Translations under genes and position numbers: made by a program
Part shown: piece by piece, positions 20,401 through 29,008 of the stretch
Numbering within the stretch: the first letter of the stretch is position 1
Layout of the letters: the number at the start of each line of letters is the position of its first letter
Notes under the pieces: generated by a model
The model's input: the letters and a program-made list of their open reading frames with translations, nothing else
What the model was told of the DNA's origin: nothing
Database searches by the model: none
Origin: Candidatus Latescibacterota bacterium
GTDB lineage: Bacteria > Latescibacterota > UBA2968 > UBA8231
Length of the DNA stretch: 64,000 bases
Assembly: GCA_965203355.1 (NCBI GenBank)
Contig: OZ241889.1
Span: 3,552,001 to 3,616,000 of the forward strand
Reading direction: 5' to 3'

Positions 20401-20543
20401 CCGGAACGGCCGCTAGTATGCACAAAATCGATTCCTGCTTCCGCGGTCGCATCGACAAAGCGCACGGCAGGCGGCGGCGGATCGCTCGCGGTACAGCCGC
20501 AGACCAAGGCGACAATGTACGTCAAAATCCTGCGTGGGATCAT
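17466..20543 (-). CDS. CRTAC1/FG-GAP-ASPIC/UnbV protein fused to a C-terminal TPR array (lipoprotein)
   Basis: Lipobox-like VCGC; FG-GAP repeats; UnbV motif SYLSQ...FFGLG...WPSG; about 10 TPRs. Confidence 0.9.
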   Translation of the reverse strand: MIPRRILTYIVALVCGCTASDPPPPAVRFVDATAEAGIDFVHTSGRSGRKYGVETIGSGAAFFDYNRDGWMDLYVVNGADLPGYVSAVPPQNALYRNDRGHFAERGASLGVADAGYGMGASAGDYDNDGDADLFVANFGRNRLYRNEGLARAWAFADVTAAVGIGADERWSTGSSFVDWDLDGDLDLYVANYLRYEFERGELSAGGTLRWPRRHLAPTEYPGERNVLWRNDGGRFVDVTQAAGLLTREGRELGAVFFDCDLDGDPDLFQGNDATPNFLWRNDGGHFAEVGLVAGVAYNSGGKPEGTMGVDVADGDGDGRLDLAMTNFQWESNTLYHNAGGGMFADESLAAGLAANSLDKLAFGISFLDADNDGDPDLYVANGHIDEDIDQFDPQAAYGQPDQLYLNDGRGRFTEVSKAAGVAAPTRDLVGRGSAVADYDNDGDLDIFLLNTGQRALLWRNDTQAGHYLALMLAGRTSNRDGYGARVMVRVHGRTLVQEKRSAASYLSQNDARLFFGLGSSEEAEQVAIAWPSGIRQVLTEVRAGQVLRVVEPEVSAPRPAADAAVAVAAPQGRPAEHLEQFWRQAPLVLPEKTRIARPPAAPLSELRAAARARPAGADVHIELAAGLVRERAYDEAEAAYGRALQLDAGAAQAYVGLGKLYADRGALERAVTALSQAISLDSTLAEPHYVLGNIHLSQQRLAAAVPRYERAIARQPRYLQAYFNLAGLHARQTDYGLAIAVLRRGLAALPGEVELMLQLARIYFVQAQYEDALAQLDGVVQVQPARTEARELTAQIWMAREEAAAARTALQQGLEHAPNSAALLGRLGILLLQEGEDAAAIPLLQRALAADPDRAEVYYHLGQALLRRGEEVRGRKLLDYFHALQQEHEKLLAHKTAVVLNPNDAAAYYKLGAVYARIGRHEAASQAYQAALAVAPDHLDARNNLGNIYLRGRALGLAIAAYREVLRRDPHYARAHYNLGNAYLLAGEQEQAVAAFTRAVEADPEHSKARQMLAQLRQREAHGER

Positions 20544-20655
20544 TTGGGTTGATGCAGAATCACTTCCTGCCCACAATACCATAATAGCACTTCGCAAATG
20601 TACACCGCGCTATATATTAGAGTTAGAAATAATAATTACCACATAGGAGGCCTTC

Positions 20656-22281
20656 TTGCTGCATCGTTTTCTCGCGTCGTTCCCCATGCTACTGCTCGCC
20701 TGTACCGACCCTGAACCGCCGCCCAACCCAGACGTGCTCGCCCGCGTCGGTAGCGTTGCCATCGAGCGCGACCGCGTCGAGCGCGCGGCCGGGCGGCTCT
20801 TTCCCAAAAACGCCCCGGGCGACCTGCAACGCCAAGCCCTTGAACGACTCGTCGATATGGAGGTCTTGCTGTTGGCCGCCCGCCAAGCCGGGCTGGAAAA
20901 CGACTTCCAAGTCAGCAGCACAGTCGCGCAACGGCAACAAGAACTCATTCTCGAAGAAATGTACCGTCGCGGCGTGGTCTCTATCGCCGAGGACATAAGC
21001 CGCGCCGAGGCGCGCCAGTACTTTGAGCAGCACCGCATCGGCCAGCAGCGCCGCCTGAGCCGCATTCTCGCCCGAGGGCCAGCCGCCATCGACCAGGTCC
21101 TCGCCCGGCTGCGCGGCCCAGACAGCTTTGCCACGGTGGCGAGCGAACTCTCCGACGATGGCAACACCGCCCAGCAAGGCGGCGACCTCGGCTGGAAGAG
21201 CCGCCTCGATTTCAAAAACTACGTGCTGCGCCGCCAGATATTCGCCGCCAAACCGGGCGAGACCATCGGTCCCGTGCAGGAGCCAGACGGCTTCTCGGTT
21301 TTCGCGGTCACGGACGAGCGCGAAGTGCCCTTCGCGGAGATGGCCCCGGCCGTCATCGCGGCCATGCAGGAGCAAAAGCACGCCATCGCCACCTTTGAAT
21401 TCCTCGAAGGGCTGGCCAATCGCGCCGACATCGCGGAACGGCGCGAGACCTTCGACTTGCTCTTGGCCCGGCTCAGCGCGGCCGGCGAACAAATGCCCGC
21501 GTTCAAAAAGGGGGAGACCGAGCTAGTCCTGCTCGAACTCGATGGCCAGCCGTGGACGCTGAACAACTTCATGGCGGCCATGACCAGCGAGCGCAACCCG
21601 GCCGAGATCCGCGAATTGGACGACTTGCGCCGCTTCGCCCGGCGCCTCTACGCGCTCAAGGTCCTGCTGCCTCGCCACGCCCGCGAAATAGGCATCCACG
21701 AGGCCGAGCGCGTCGCCCAAGGCATTGAAGCCAAACGCCGCCAAGCACTTATCGAGCGCATCCGCCAAGTCAGGGTGCTCGAAACGCTCAACCCGACCCA
21801 AGACGAAATTCGCGCGTACTACGAGGCAAACAAAAACCTCTACGTGCGGGCGGAGCGGATCTCGATTCTCGAAATCCTCGTCGATACCCGCACCCAGGCG
21901 GACTCGCTGTTGGCCGCCATTGAACGCGGCGGCGACCTCGGCGAGCTCGCCCGGCGCTACTCGCGGCGCAGCACCCGCATCCGTCGCGCCGAAGGGCGCA
22001 TTCAGCTTTTGCGCCCGGACAAGTACGGCAATTTAGGTTGGGAAGCCAAAGACGCCGAGGTCGGCCAGATCGTCGGCCCGGTCAAGACCGCCCAGGGCTT
22101 TACGGTCTTCAAGGTGCTCGACAAGGTGCCCGGGTACCAACAGAGCTTAGACGAGGTATGGGGCCGCGTACGCGCCCACTTGATCCAAGACCTGACCCAA
22201 TCGCGCTTCGATGCGTTGCTAGTCCAGCTCAAAGATCAGTACTCCGACCAGATCCACATCTACGAGGATCGGCTGCGCTAA
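20656..22281 (+). CDS. SurA/PrsA-like foldase lipoprotein with two PpiC rotamase domains
   Basis: RBS AGGAGG; lipobox LLAC; SFATVASELSDD...GGDLGW and DLGELARRYS...GPVKT..GF motifs. Confidence 0.85.
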   Translation: MLHRFLASFPMLLLACTDPEPPPNPDVLARVGSVAIERDRVERAAGRLFPKNAPGDLQRQALERLVDMEVLLLAARQAGLENDFQVSSTVAQRQQELILEEMYRRGVVSIAEDISRAEARQYFEQHRIGQQRRLSRILARGPAAIDQVLARLRGPDSFATVASELSDDGNTAQQGGDLGWKSRLDFKNYVLRRQIFAAKPGETIGPVQEPDGFSVFAVTDEREVPFAEMAPAVIAAMQEQKHAIATFEFLEGLANRADIAERRETFDLLLARLSAAGEQMPAFKKGETELVLLELDGQPWTLNNFMAAMTSERNPAEIRELDDLRRFARRLYALKVLLPRHAREIGIHEAERVAQGIEAKRRQALIERIRQVRVLETLNPTQDEIRAYYEANKNLYVRAERISILEILVDTRTQADSLLAAIERGGDLGELARRYSRRSTRIRRAEGRIQLLRPDKYGNLGWEAKDAEVGQIVGPVKTAQGFTVFKVLDKVPGYQQSLDEVWGRVRAHLIQDLTQSRFDALLVQLKDQYSDQIHIYEDRLR

Positions 22282-22300
22282 GGGCGGGCGGGACGCTGAT

Positions 22301-22792
22301 TCAACGGTAGAGATCGCCCCCGCCAAACCGCATCTTCCCCTTTGAAGCATCCGCGAAGTACTGCTCTACTTTCTCCCGCGAGCGCGGAAAGTACCGATTC
22401 AACTCTTCCACCACCGCTTGCACTTTCTCGGCGTTCTCGCCCATATCCAGCAAGAGTCGCGCGTACAAAAAGAGCAACTGCAAGTTGCGCCGGTCCACGG
22501 CCAGCGCCTTCTCCAGATGCGCCCGGGCCTCGGCCAATCGTCCCGCTTCGGCTAGGGCAGTCCCCATCAGCAGATTGGCTTCGGCTCCGGCTGGGTACAG
22601 CGTCAGCAGCACCTGCGCTAGCGCTTGCAAGGACGTGCCTTTGAGCTGGGGCTGCCCTCGGGCGTGTGTGCGTTCCAAAAGGTGCCCGTACTCGGTCGTG
22701 CGCTGTTGTTCAAGCAAGGCTAGGACCCCACCGACCGCCGCGACGCCCAAGAGCAATTTAAGCGAGTGCCAGTATCGCATTTGGCGGTCCAC
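22301..22792 (-). CDS. Small membrane-anchored TPR protein
   Basis: N-terminal hydrophobic helix; TPR-like ANLLMGTALAEAGRLAEARAHLEKAL; 1 nt from the upstream gene. Confidence 0.65.
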   Translation of the reverse strand: MDRQMRYWHSLKLLLGVAAVGGVLALLEQQRTTEYGHLLERTHARGQPQLKGTSLQALAQVLLTLYPAGAEANLLMGTALAEAGRLAEARAHLEKALAVDRRNLQLLFLYARLLLDMGENAEKVQAVVEELNRYFPRSREKVEQYFADASKGKMRFGGGDLYR

Positions 22793-22793
22793 T

Positions 22794-24404
22794 TCAACGC
22801 ACCAGGGTCATCCGCGCTAGATAGCGCATCCCCCCCATCTGCGCCGACACGAGATATACGCCGCTGGCCGCCGCACGCCCGGCCTCGTCGCGCCCATCCC
22901 ACGCGAGCTGATAGCTACCGGCCGGCCGGTAGCCCCGAAAGAGCCGCCGCACCGTCTGCCCCAAGATATTGAACACCTCGATATCGACTTCGCCCGCCGC
23001 TGGTAGCGCCACTGAAATCGCAGTGGAGGCGTTGAAAGGATTGGGAAAATTGAACACCCGCACGGCCATCGGTCGAGCCGCGGGCGCGGGAACCGGCATC
23101 ACGAGACCCGCCGCAGCGGCCAATTCCAATCCAGCCGGCGTCAGCCCGCTGGGCACGCGCGCTGGCACGTGAACCGCTATCGTCGAATCGGTCAGAGCGT
23201 GCATGAAGGCCAGCAGTGCGCGCTTCTCCTCAGCACTCAGGTTTAGCGGCACTAGTTCGGGATCGAGGTTCTCGGCCGGGATGGAGGCTTCGTCGCCGCC
23301 GCCGCGGTCGTAGAACTCAATAACATCCTCTAAGGTCGCCAGGGCCCCGTCGTGCATGTAGGGGGCCGTCTGCGCGATTTGGCGCAAACCTACCACGCGG
23401 AAAGCGCCGATGTCGCGGGGATTGCCCGAGTTGAGAAAGCGGCCTTCATCTCGGCCGGTGGGGCGCGGCGTCCCGGTATTCGTCGTCGCCGAGGCCCGGC
23501 CCGGCCCAATCTGCTCGACGCCTTGGGCGCGGAAACTCGAATCCGTAAACAGCGGGCCGCTGTGACAGTTGACGCAGCGCGCTTTGGTGTGGAACAGTTC
23601 AAGCCCGCGCTTTTGCACCGCCGTCAGCGCCGCGTCGTCGCCGGCCACGTAGCGGTCGTACGCGGTGTTGACCGTGTTTTGCTCGCGCTCAAACGCGGCA
23701 ATGGCCCGGCCAAAAGTCGAGCGCGTGATGACCGACTGCAAGGGCGTTGGATCGTGGGCGCAGCCGAGCCGCGGCAACTGCCGGGCCACGGAGTCGGCTT
23801 CGGCCGGGAAGGCCTGCTCGAAAAGCGCGACGTATTCGGGGATTTCCCGCAACCGCGTCAGCACGCTATCGACGGCCATCTCGCGCTCATAAGCGTCGCC
23901 GCGCAGCTCGACGCGCACGATGAGCGGCCGCAGCGCTTGGGCCTCCAGCCCGCGATCCTTGCCATCCCACAGCATGAAGCCTTTGGTCGAAGGCCGTCCA
24001 GACTCGTCGCCGTTGTAACCGACGTTAAAGAGGGTCATGGTGTGTCGCGGCTCGGTAATCACGGTATCGCCGGTGACAGCCGAACGCCCCGGCACCCGAT
24101 CGGGGCCCAAGCCCCGGCCCCCGACGCCCACCGCAAGAGGCAGCCCATCGGCCAAGCCAAAGGTCGGCAGGTGGCAGGTACCGCAGGCCGTGTCCTTTTC
24201 TCCGCTGAGAATGGGGTCGAAGAACAGCAAGCGGCCCAGCTCGACGCGCTCGGGGTTGTAGGGATTGTTTGCGGGGTAGGGCACTGGCGGCACCGGCTGA
24301 AGGCCGAAACGCCGCCGCAGGTCGTCTTCCTGCCCCGGGGCGCCGATGGCGCTGGCGAGCAAGGTCAGCAGCGCAGCGCTGGCTAGATATCTCCGTTTGT
24401 TCAT
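22794..24404 (-). CDS. Di-heme cytochrome c peroxidase/MauG-family protein with C-terminal FlgD-Ig (T9SS type A-like) domain
   Basis: LGRLLFFDPILS, CGTCH, CVNCH, TAPYMHDG; tail NFPNPFN...WDGRD..G..AASGVY...MTLVR. Confidence 0.9.
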   Translation of the reverse strand: MNKRRYLASAALLTLLASAIGAPGQEDDLRRRFGLQPVPPVPYPANNPYNPERVELGRLLFFDPILSGEKDTACGTCHLPTFGLADGLPLAVGVGGRGLGPDRVPGRSAVTGDTVITEPRHTMTLFNVGYNGDESGRPSTKGFMLWDGKDRGLEAQALRPLIVRVELRGDAYEREMAVDSVLTRLREIPEYVALFEQAFPAEADSVARQLPRLGCAHDPTPLQSVITRSTFGRAIAAFEREQNTVNTAYDRYVAGDDAALTAVQKRGLELFHTKARCVNCHSGPLFTDSSFRAQGVEQIGPGRASATTNTGTPRPTGRDEGRFLNSGNPRDIGAFRVVGLRQIAQTAPYMHDGALATLEDVIEFYDRGGGDEASIPAENLDPELVPLNLSAEEKRALLAFMHALTDSTIAVHVPARVPSGLTPAGLELAAAAGLVMPVPAPAARPMAVRVFNFPNPFNASTAISVALPAAGEVDIEVFNILGQTVRRLFRGYRPAGSYQLAWDGRDEAGRAAASGVYLVSAQMGGMRYLARMTLVR

Positions 24405-25291
24405 GGTCCCTCCCCCAGCCGAACGCTCTTTATCGCGCCCCAGGTCTCGCGGCGCAGCCCGGTGCCTAGGTCGGCATTAGCGGCGCAGCGGAACCCCACG
24501 TCCGGTCCTTTGAAATCGGGTGCATCCCGCGCGCGATAGGTGGGCCGCACGTGACTGGCATCCACCGCATACGAGCCGCCGCGCACCGCCTTGACGACGC
24601 CTTGGTCCGGCCCTTGGGGATTGATGGCTGGGCCAACGACGTAGTAACTCGGATGGTACCAGTCGTTGGTCCATTCGAAGACATTGCCCACCATGTCGTG
24701 GGCGCCAAAGGGGCTGGACCCGTCTCGCGTTTGGTAGCCATCTCTATTGGAACCGTCGAAAAAGCCGACCGGGTTCGTGCCGAGGATGGTCCCGAAGCCG
24801 CGCTCAAATGGATCGTTGCTCTGGAAGTAATTGGCGCGAAAGGCATCCAAGCCATCGCCCCAAGGATACTTGCGGCCATCGTCGCAGCGCGCGGCGCGCT
24901 CCCATTCGGCCTCGGTCGGCAATCGCTTGCCAGCCCACTGGCAAAATCCCACAGCGTCGTACCACGTCACCAGCGTAATGGGATGGTTTTGCCGCGCCGC
25001 CGTATTCTGCAAGGTCCACTCCGGTAGCATCGCACCGGTGTCGCGCTGGTACTCTCCCCATTCCGCCACCGTGACCTCGTATTTGTCAATCAGGTACGCG
25101 TCGAGGTAAATCTCGCGCACGGGCTGCTCGTCAAAGGCTTCGCCTTCCATGCCCCGGGGAAAAAACCCGGCGGGCACTAGGACCATGGCGGTGGCCCAAC
25201 CCGTGGGCAGCGGGATGCTCCGCTCGACTTTCTCGTGTTGGGCGCAGACCGGCAGGGCAATCAGCGCACAGAGGGCAATTCGACCGATCAT
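24401..25291 (-). CDS. FGE-sulfatase (SUMF1/EgtB/PvdO) domain secreted protein with TWGxIK tail
   Basis: IDKYEVT, RLPTEAEWERAAR, YPWG, DMVGNVFEW, RGGS, GFRCA; ends ETWGAIKS... Confidence 0.9.
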   Translation of the reverse strand: MIGRIALCALIALPVCAQHEKVERSIPLPTGWATAMVLVPAGFFPRGMEGEAFDEQPVREIYLDAYLIDKYEVTVAEWGEYQRDTGAMLPEWTLQNTAARQNHPITLVTWYDAVGFCQWAGKRLPTEAEWERAARCDDGRKYPWGDGLDAFRANYFQSNDPFERGFGTILGTNPVGFFDGSNRDGYQTRDGSSPFGAHDMVGNVFEWTNDWYHPSYYVVGPAINPQGPDQGVVKAVRGGSYAVDASHVRPTYRARDAPDFKGPDVGFRCAANADLGTGLRRETWGAIKSVRLGEGP

Positions 25292-25457
25292 AGGCACATT
25301 CTCCAGCAAGGACTTGGTTTGGACTATGGCTCTTGTAAGATATAAACAGAGTAAAAATTCCGCTTCTAGCCTACCCACAGCCTATGGGCCTTGTTTTGCC
25401 GCGCAGGTATTATTAGCCTATCTCCCCTCTGCGGCCCGTGCGCGAAAGTAGGTATTT

Positions 25458-27794
25458 ATGAATCTTTGCATGGCCTTCGCGGCCTTGATCTTGGGCAGCT
25501 ACCCGCTAGCAGCCGATCAGTTGCGCTACGACTCAGCGCGCGATTGGCGTCAATGGCACCTGCCCCTAGGCGCGGTGGAATTGACCCCATCCGGTGCGAT
25601 CCAGCTCACAAAAATCGAGAAGGGCATCAACGCGATACGCGATCTAGACGCCTTCGGCGGCGGCATCCGCCATGCCGGCTCCAACCTCAACACCGCCCGG
25701 TTGGCCATCGACGGCAATCCAGCGACCGGTTGGGCTCCCGACCCAGCGGCCAATCCAGACGAGTGGTTCATCGAGATCGACTTGGGCCGGGCGGTCTCGG
25801 CCAAAAGCATCACGTTGGTGTTCGACGCGGCTGCTCCGCCCTTTGATCTGTTCGACCTGCTGCTTTCGACCGGCGAGCCAGAAACCGACTTTATCGCCGC
25901 GCCGATTGAAGGCTCCTTGGTCTATCGCGTCAAAGCGCGCATCAAGGAAAACACCCTCCATCGGGTGACGTACCACATAGAACAAATCGACGAAGAGCCC
26001 ATCCAATTCATCCGCTTTGAGCCGCTGCTCATAGTGCCCGATGCGCGCCTCGCCGAGATCGAAGTCGAAACCATTGGCGACAACATCGCCCTCGGGCTGT
26101 TGGAGCGCGGCGGGACCGTCGATGTCAACATTAATCTCGCTAGCAACGACTCGCAGCCGCTCGGCAAGGCCCGGGCTTTGTTCGATGGAAACCTGTACGA
26201 GCGCTGGCGGGCGGGCAGAGCCTCTAGGGCCCCAGTCGACATCCTCGCCCACATGGTCCTCGATTTAGGCGCGGTCTATTGGGTCGATCAAACGCGGATC
26301 ATCGGCGGCGTGGTCGTGCGCTCCGGCTTTGGCGGCGGCATTACCACTAGTCACTACGTTTCGCGCCGGCGCTGGGACTTCCGCTTCTACGAGTTTATGA
26401 CCTCGGACGGCTCGCTTTCGCCCGACGGCTCGCGCCTGTGGGCCAAGCACTTTTCCGGTGCTTCGCCTCAGAGCCAGACCGCCAAGGGCCTAGTCGATCA
26501 CCATTTCGACCTAATGCCGACGCGCTTTATTCGCATCTTATGGAAGTATTGGGACACCAGTTGCTATTCCTTTCAGCGGCTCGGCGAGGAAGGGGGCGTC
26601 AACAGAGTCCCCGGCTGCGCCGCGGGTGGAACGACCGACGAGATTCAGATTTTCGGCGAAGGGTTCCCGTCGGAAGTCGATTTCCGCTCGCCCCTGATCG
26701 ACTTGGGGGCCGGCAAGAACCTCAACTCGGTGGAGTGGAGCGGCACCGAGCCGCCCGGGACGCGCATCGAGATTCGCACCCGTACCGGCGACGAAGTATT
26801 GGAGACCTACACGTACCGCGACAAGAATGGCAAGGAAGTTACCGAACGGAAGTACAACAAGCTCATTCCCAGCTTCAAAGGCCCGATCGACACCACCCTC
26901 GCGGCCGGCGGCGACTGGAGTGCGTGGAGCCGCATTTACAGCTTCTCTGGCGAGGCTTTTCTCTCGCCTTCGCCGCGACGCTACCTCGAAATCGACGTGC
27001 GTATGACCTCAGATTCGCCGGCTGTGGGCGCTGCTCTCGACCACTTGGCCGTCCATTTCACTCAGCCGCTCGCTGGCCGCGTACTCGGGGAAATTTCTCC
27101 GCCGCAGGCCCTACCGGGCATGCCGACCGAGTTCACGTATTACTTGCGCCCCGAAAGCACTAGCGGCTTTGACCGCCTCGCGATGGAGTCGGACGCACCC
27201 GTGCATTTTGTGGGCATCTCGCACAATGGAGCCGCCCTCGGCGTGCAAATGGACACCACCGCAAGCGGTTTCCTAGTCCATCTGCCCGACCGCATCCGCA
27301 CCGATCAGCTCATTGAGCTAAAATTTCAGTCTTCCGTGTTTAGGCAATCGACGCGCTTCGACGTCTTTTTGCAGGACAGCCGCCAAGACGAGAGCGTGCG
27401 CCAGCGCGTGGACCCGGGCGACGCCACCGAACAGATTGCGAGCAACACCAACATCGTCACCTTGCCGGTCTCGCGGGAATTACTCGCCAATATGTCCTTC
27501 TCGTCCAAGGCCATCACGCCCAACGGCGATGGGGTCAACGACGAACTGACGCTGGAGATCGCGCTGGTCAATGTGCTAGCACCGCGCCCCTTGCGATTGC
27601 GCCTGTACGACCTCGCCGGTCGCCCGGTGTACGACCGCAGCGAAGACAGCCGCGCCGGCCTGTACCAGCTCGTCTGGGATGGCCGCGATAGCCGCGGCGA
27701 GCGGGTGGCCCCCGGCCTGTACGTGCTCGAAGTCCTGGTGGCGGGCGACGCGGGCGACGAGAAAACGCAGGCACTCATTTCCGTAGCTTACTAG
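25458..27794 (+). CDS. Secreted discoidin/galactose-binding-like + FlgD-Ig protein, 'long' paralog 1
   Basis: Signal peptide; IDG..T.W, IDLG, TRTG, WSAWS, SPSPRRY, TPNGDGVND, WDGRD; ends VAY. Confidence 0.8.
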   Translation: MNLCMAFAALILGSYPLAADQLRYDSARDWRQWHLPLGAVELTPSGAIQLTKIEKGINAIRDLDAFGGGIRHAGSNLNTARLAIDGNPATGWAPDPAANPDEWFIEIDLGRAVSAKSITLVFDAAAPPFDLFDLLLSTGEPETDFIAAPIEGSLVYRVKARIKENTLHRVTYHIEQIDEEPIQFIRFEPLLIVPDARLAEIEVETIGDNIALGLLERGGTVDVNINLASNDSQPLGKARALFDGNLYERWRAGRASRAPVDILAHMVLDLGAVYWVDQTRIIGGVVVRSGFGGGITTSHYVSRRRWDFRFYEFMTSDGSLSPDGSRLWAKHFSGASPQSQTAKGLVDHHFDLMPTRFIRILWKYWDTSCYSFQRLGEEGGVNRVPGCAAGGTTDEIQIFGEGFPSEVDFRSPLIDLGAGKNLNSVEWSGTEPPGTRIEIRTRTGDEVLETYTYRDKNGKEVTERKYNKLIPSFKGPIDTTLAAGGDWSAWSRIYSFSGEAFLSPSPRRYLEIDVRMTSDSPAVGAALDHLAVHFTQPLAGRVLGEISPPQALPGMPTEFTYYLRPESTSGFDRLAMESDAPVHFVGISHNGAALGVQMDTTASGFLVHLPDRIRTDQLIELKFQSSVFRQSTRFDVFLQDSRQDESVRQRVDPGDATEQIASNTNIVTLPVSRELLANMSFSSKAITPNGDGVNDELTLEIALVNVLAPRPLRLRLYDLAGRPVYDRSEDSRAGLYQLVWDGRDSRGERVAPGLYVLEVLVAGDAGDEKTQALISVAY

Positions 27795-27810
27795 TAGGTT
27801 CGCGGGCAAA

Positions 27811-27960
27811 AAAATCTTGACAGTCAAACACATATTTATTTGTTTGTCTCCCGTATTATTGATTTGACAACGGCCAAAAATCGCCCATGAAAGGAGGTTT
27901 GAAGTACTAGCGGCTGCACTTTTGAGCAATTCCGCTCGCTACCTATGGCGGGCTTTTTCC
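27811..27960 (+). promoter_or_regulatory. AT-rich promoter/leader region with palindrome and terminator-like hairpin
   Basis: TTGACAGTCAA palindrome at 27817-27827; AAGGAGGT at 27891-27898; hairpin GCTCGCTA-ccta-TGGCGGGC plus T5 at 27934-27958. Confidence 0.4.
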
Positions 27961-28001
27961 TGCAACCTTTTACGGACCGAACAATTGAGGAGGATTTCAC
28001 A

Positions 28002-28907
28002 ATGCGTAAAGTCTTAGCTTTGACTTTAGGTATCGCTATCGCTGGTGCTGCTTTCGCGCAGGAGCCGGCTGAAGTACCGCTCTATTTCGCCGTAGGCATC
28101 CCCGGCGATCACCTGCCCACCATCGACGGCGACAATTCCGACTGGGCTTGGGTCGATCGCAGCTTTGAGGTCACCATTGACGACATGAATCCGCTGACTG
28201 GCGGGGCCGACGACGCGGATGACCTATTCATCGACCTGATCATCGGCTGGAGCGACGCCAACAACCGCGTCAGTGCCATGATTCACGTCCACGACGACTT
28301 CCTGATCGTCGATAAGAACCCCACCTGCACTTTCCGCGACGACAACTGCGAAGTGCATTTCGACCCGGACAACCAAGGCGGCGGTCCGTACTCGGCCCCC
28401 GAAGACCAAGACTTGCAGCCGGCCTACCAGATGTGCCTGAGCTTCTCCGAGCAGTTCTCGCGCGTCCAAATGTACAACGGCGCGCTGGGCAATTTCGAGC
28501 AGGACGCCCTGAACTTCTGGTGGACCCACACCGACTTCGTCGAGGCCGGTCACGTCAACCAAGGCCAAGAGTACTACTACGAGTTCAGCGCTGAGTTGAT
28601 GGATCCGATCTCGATCAGCGGCGGCCCGGACGCCAGCACGGTGTGGATGCTCGCGGCCGAGCAGACCATCGGCATGTCGATCTCGGTTGACGACGCCGAC
28701 GAAGGGCTCAACGCCAACGGCAACGATCCGCTCACCGAGGAGTGCTGCGAAAACGGGTTCTACTGGCAGGCCCAGTTCAGCATGGCCGAGCAGTTCATGA
28801 ACACCGGCGGCATGCCCGATATCTTCCTGACGCAGATCGAGGAAGCTACGGCGGTCGAGCAAAGCTCTTGGGGCCAGATCAAGTCGCTGGTAGGCGAAGA
28901 GCTATAA
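28002..28907 (+). CDS. Secreted acidic CBM9/DOMON-like sugar-binding protein with SWGQIK tail
   Basis: RBS GAGGAGG; signal peptide ending AFA; PTIDGD.SDW, V.DD, D.CEVHFDPD, YEF, IG.SISVDD.D; ends AVEQSSWGQIKSLV. Confidence 0.7.
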   Translation: MRKVLALTLGIAIAGAAFAQEPAEVPLYFAVGIPGDHLPTIDGDNSDWAWVDRSFEVTIDDMNPLTGGADDADDLFIDLIIGWSDANNRVSAMIHVHDDFLIVDKNPTCTFRDDNCEVHFDPDNQGGGPYSAPEDQDLQPAYQMCLSFSEQFSRVQMYNGALGNFEQDALNFWWTHTDFVEAGHVNQGQEYYYEFSAELMDPISISGGPDASTVWMLAAEQTIGMSISVDDADEGLNANGNDPLTEECCENGFYWQAQFSMAEQFMNTGGMPDIFLTQIEEATAVEQSSWGQIKSLVGEEL

Positions 28908-28946
28908 ACAGACTGTAGCCGTCTTCGTCTTAAAGCGTAAGTTCAC

Positions 28947-28982
28947 AAGGGGAGGGGAATGGATTCCCCTCCCCTTATTTTG
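28947..28982 (+). terminator. Intrinsic terminator
   Basis: AAGGGGAGGGGAA-tgga-TTCCCCTCCCCTT perfect 13-bp stem followed by ATTTT. Confidence 0.85.
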
Positions 28983-29008
28983 TCTATGGGAGAGAGGCAA
29001 CGCGCGCT

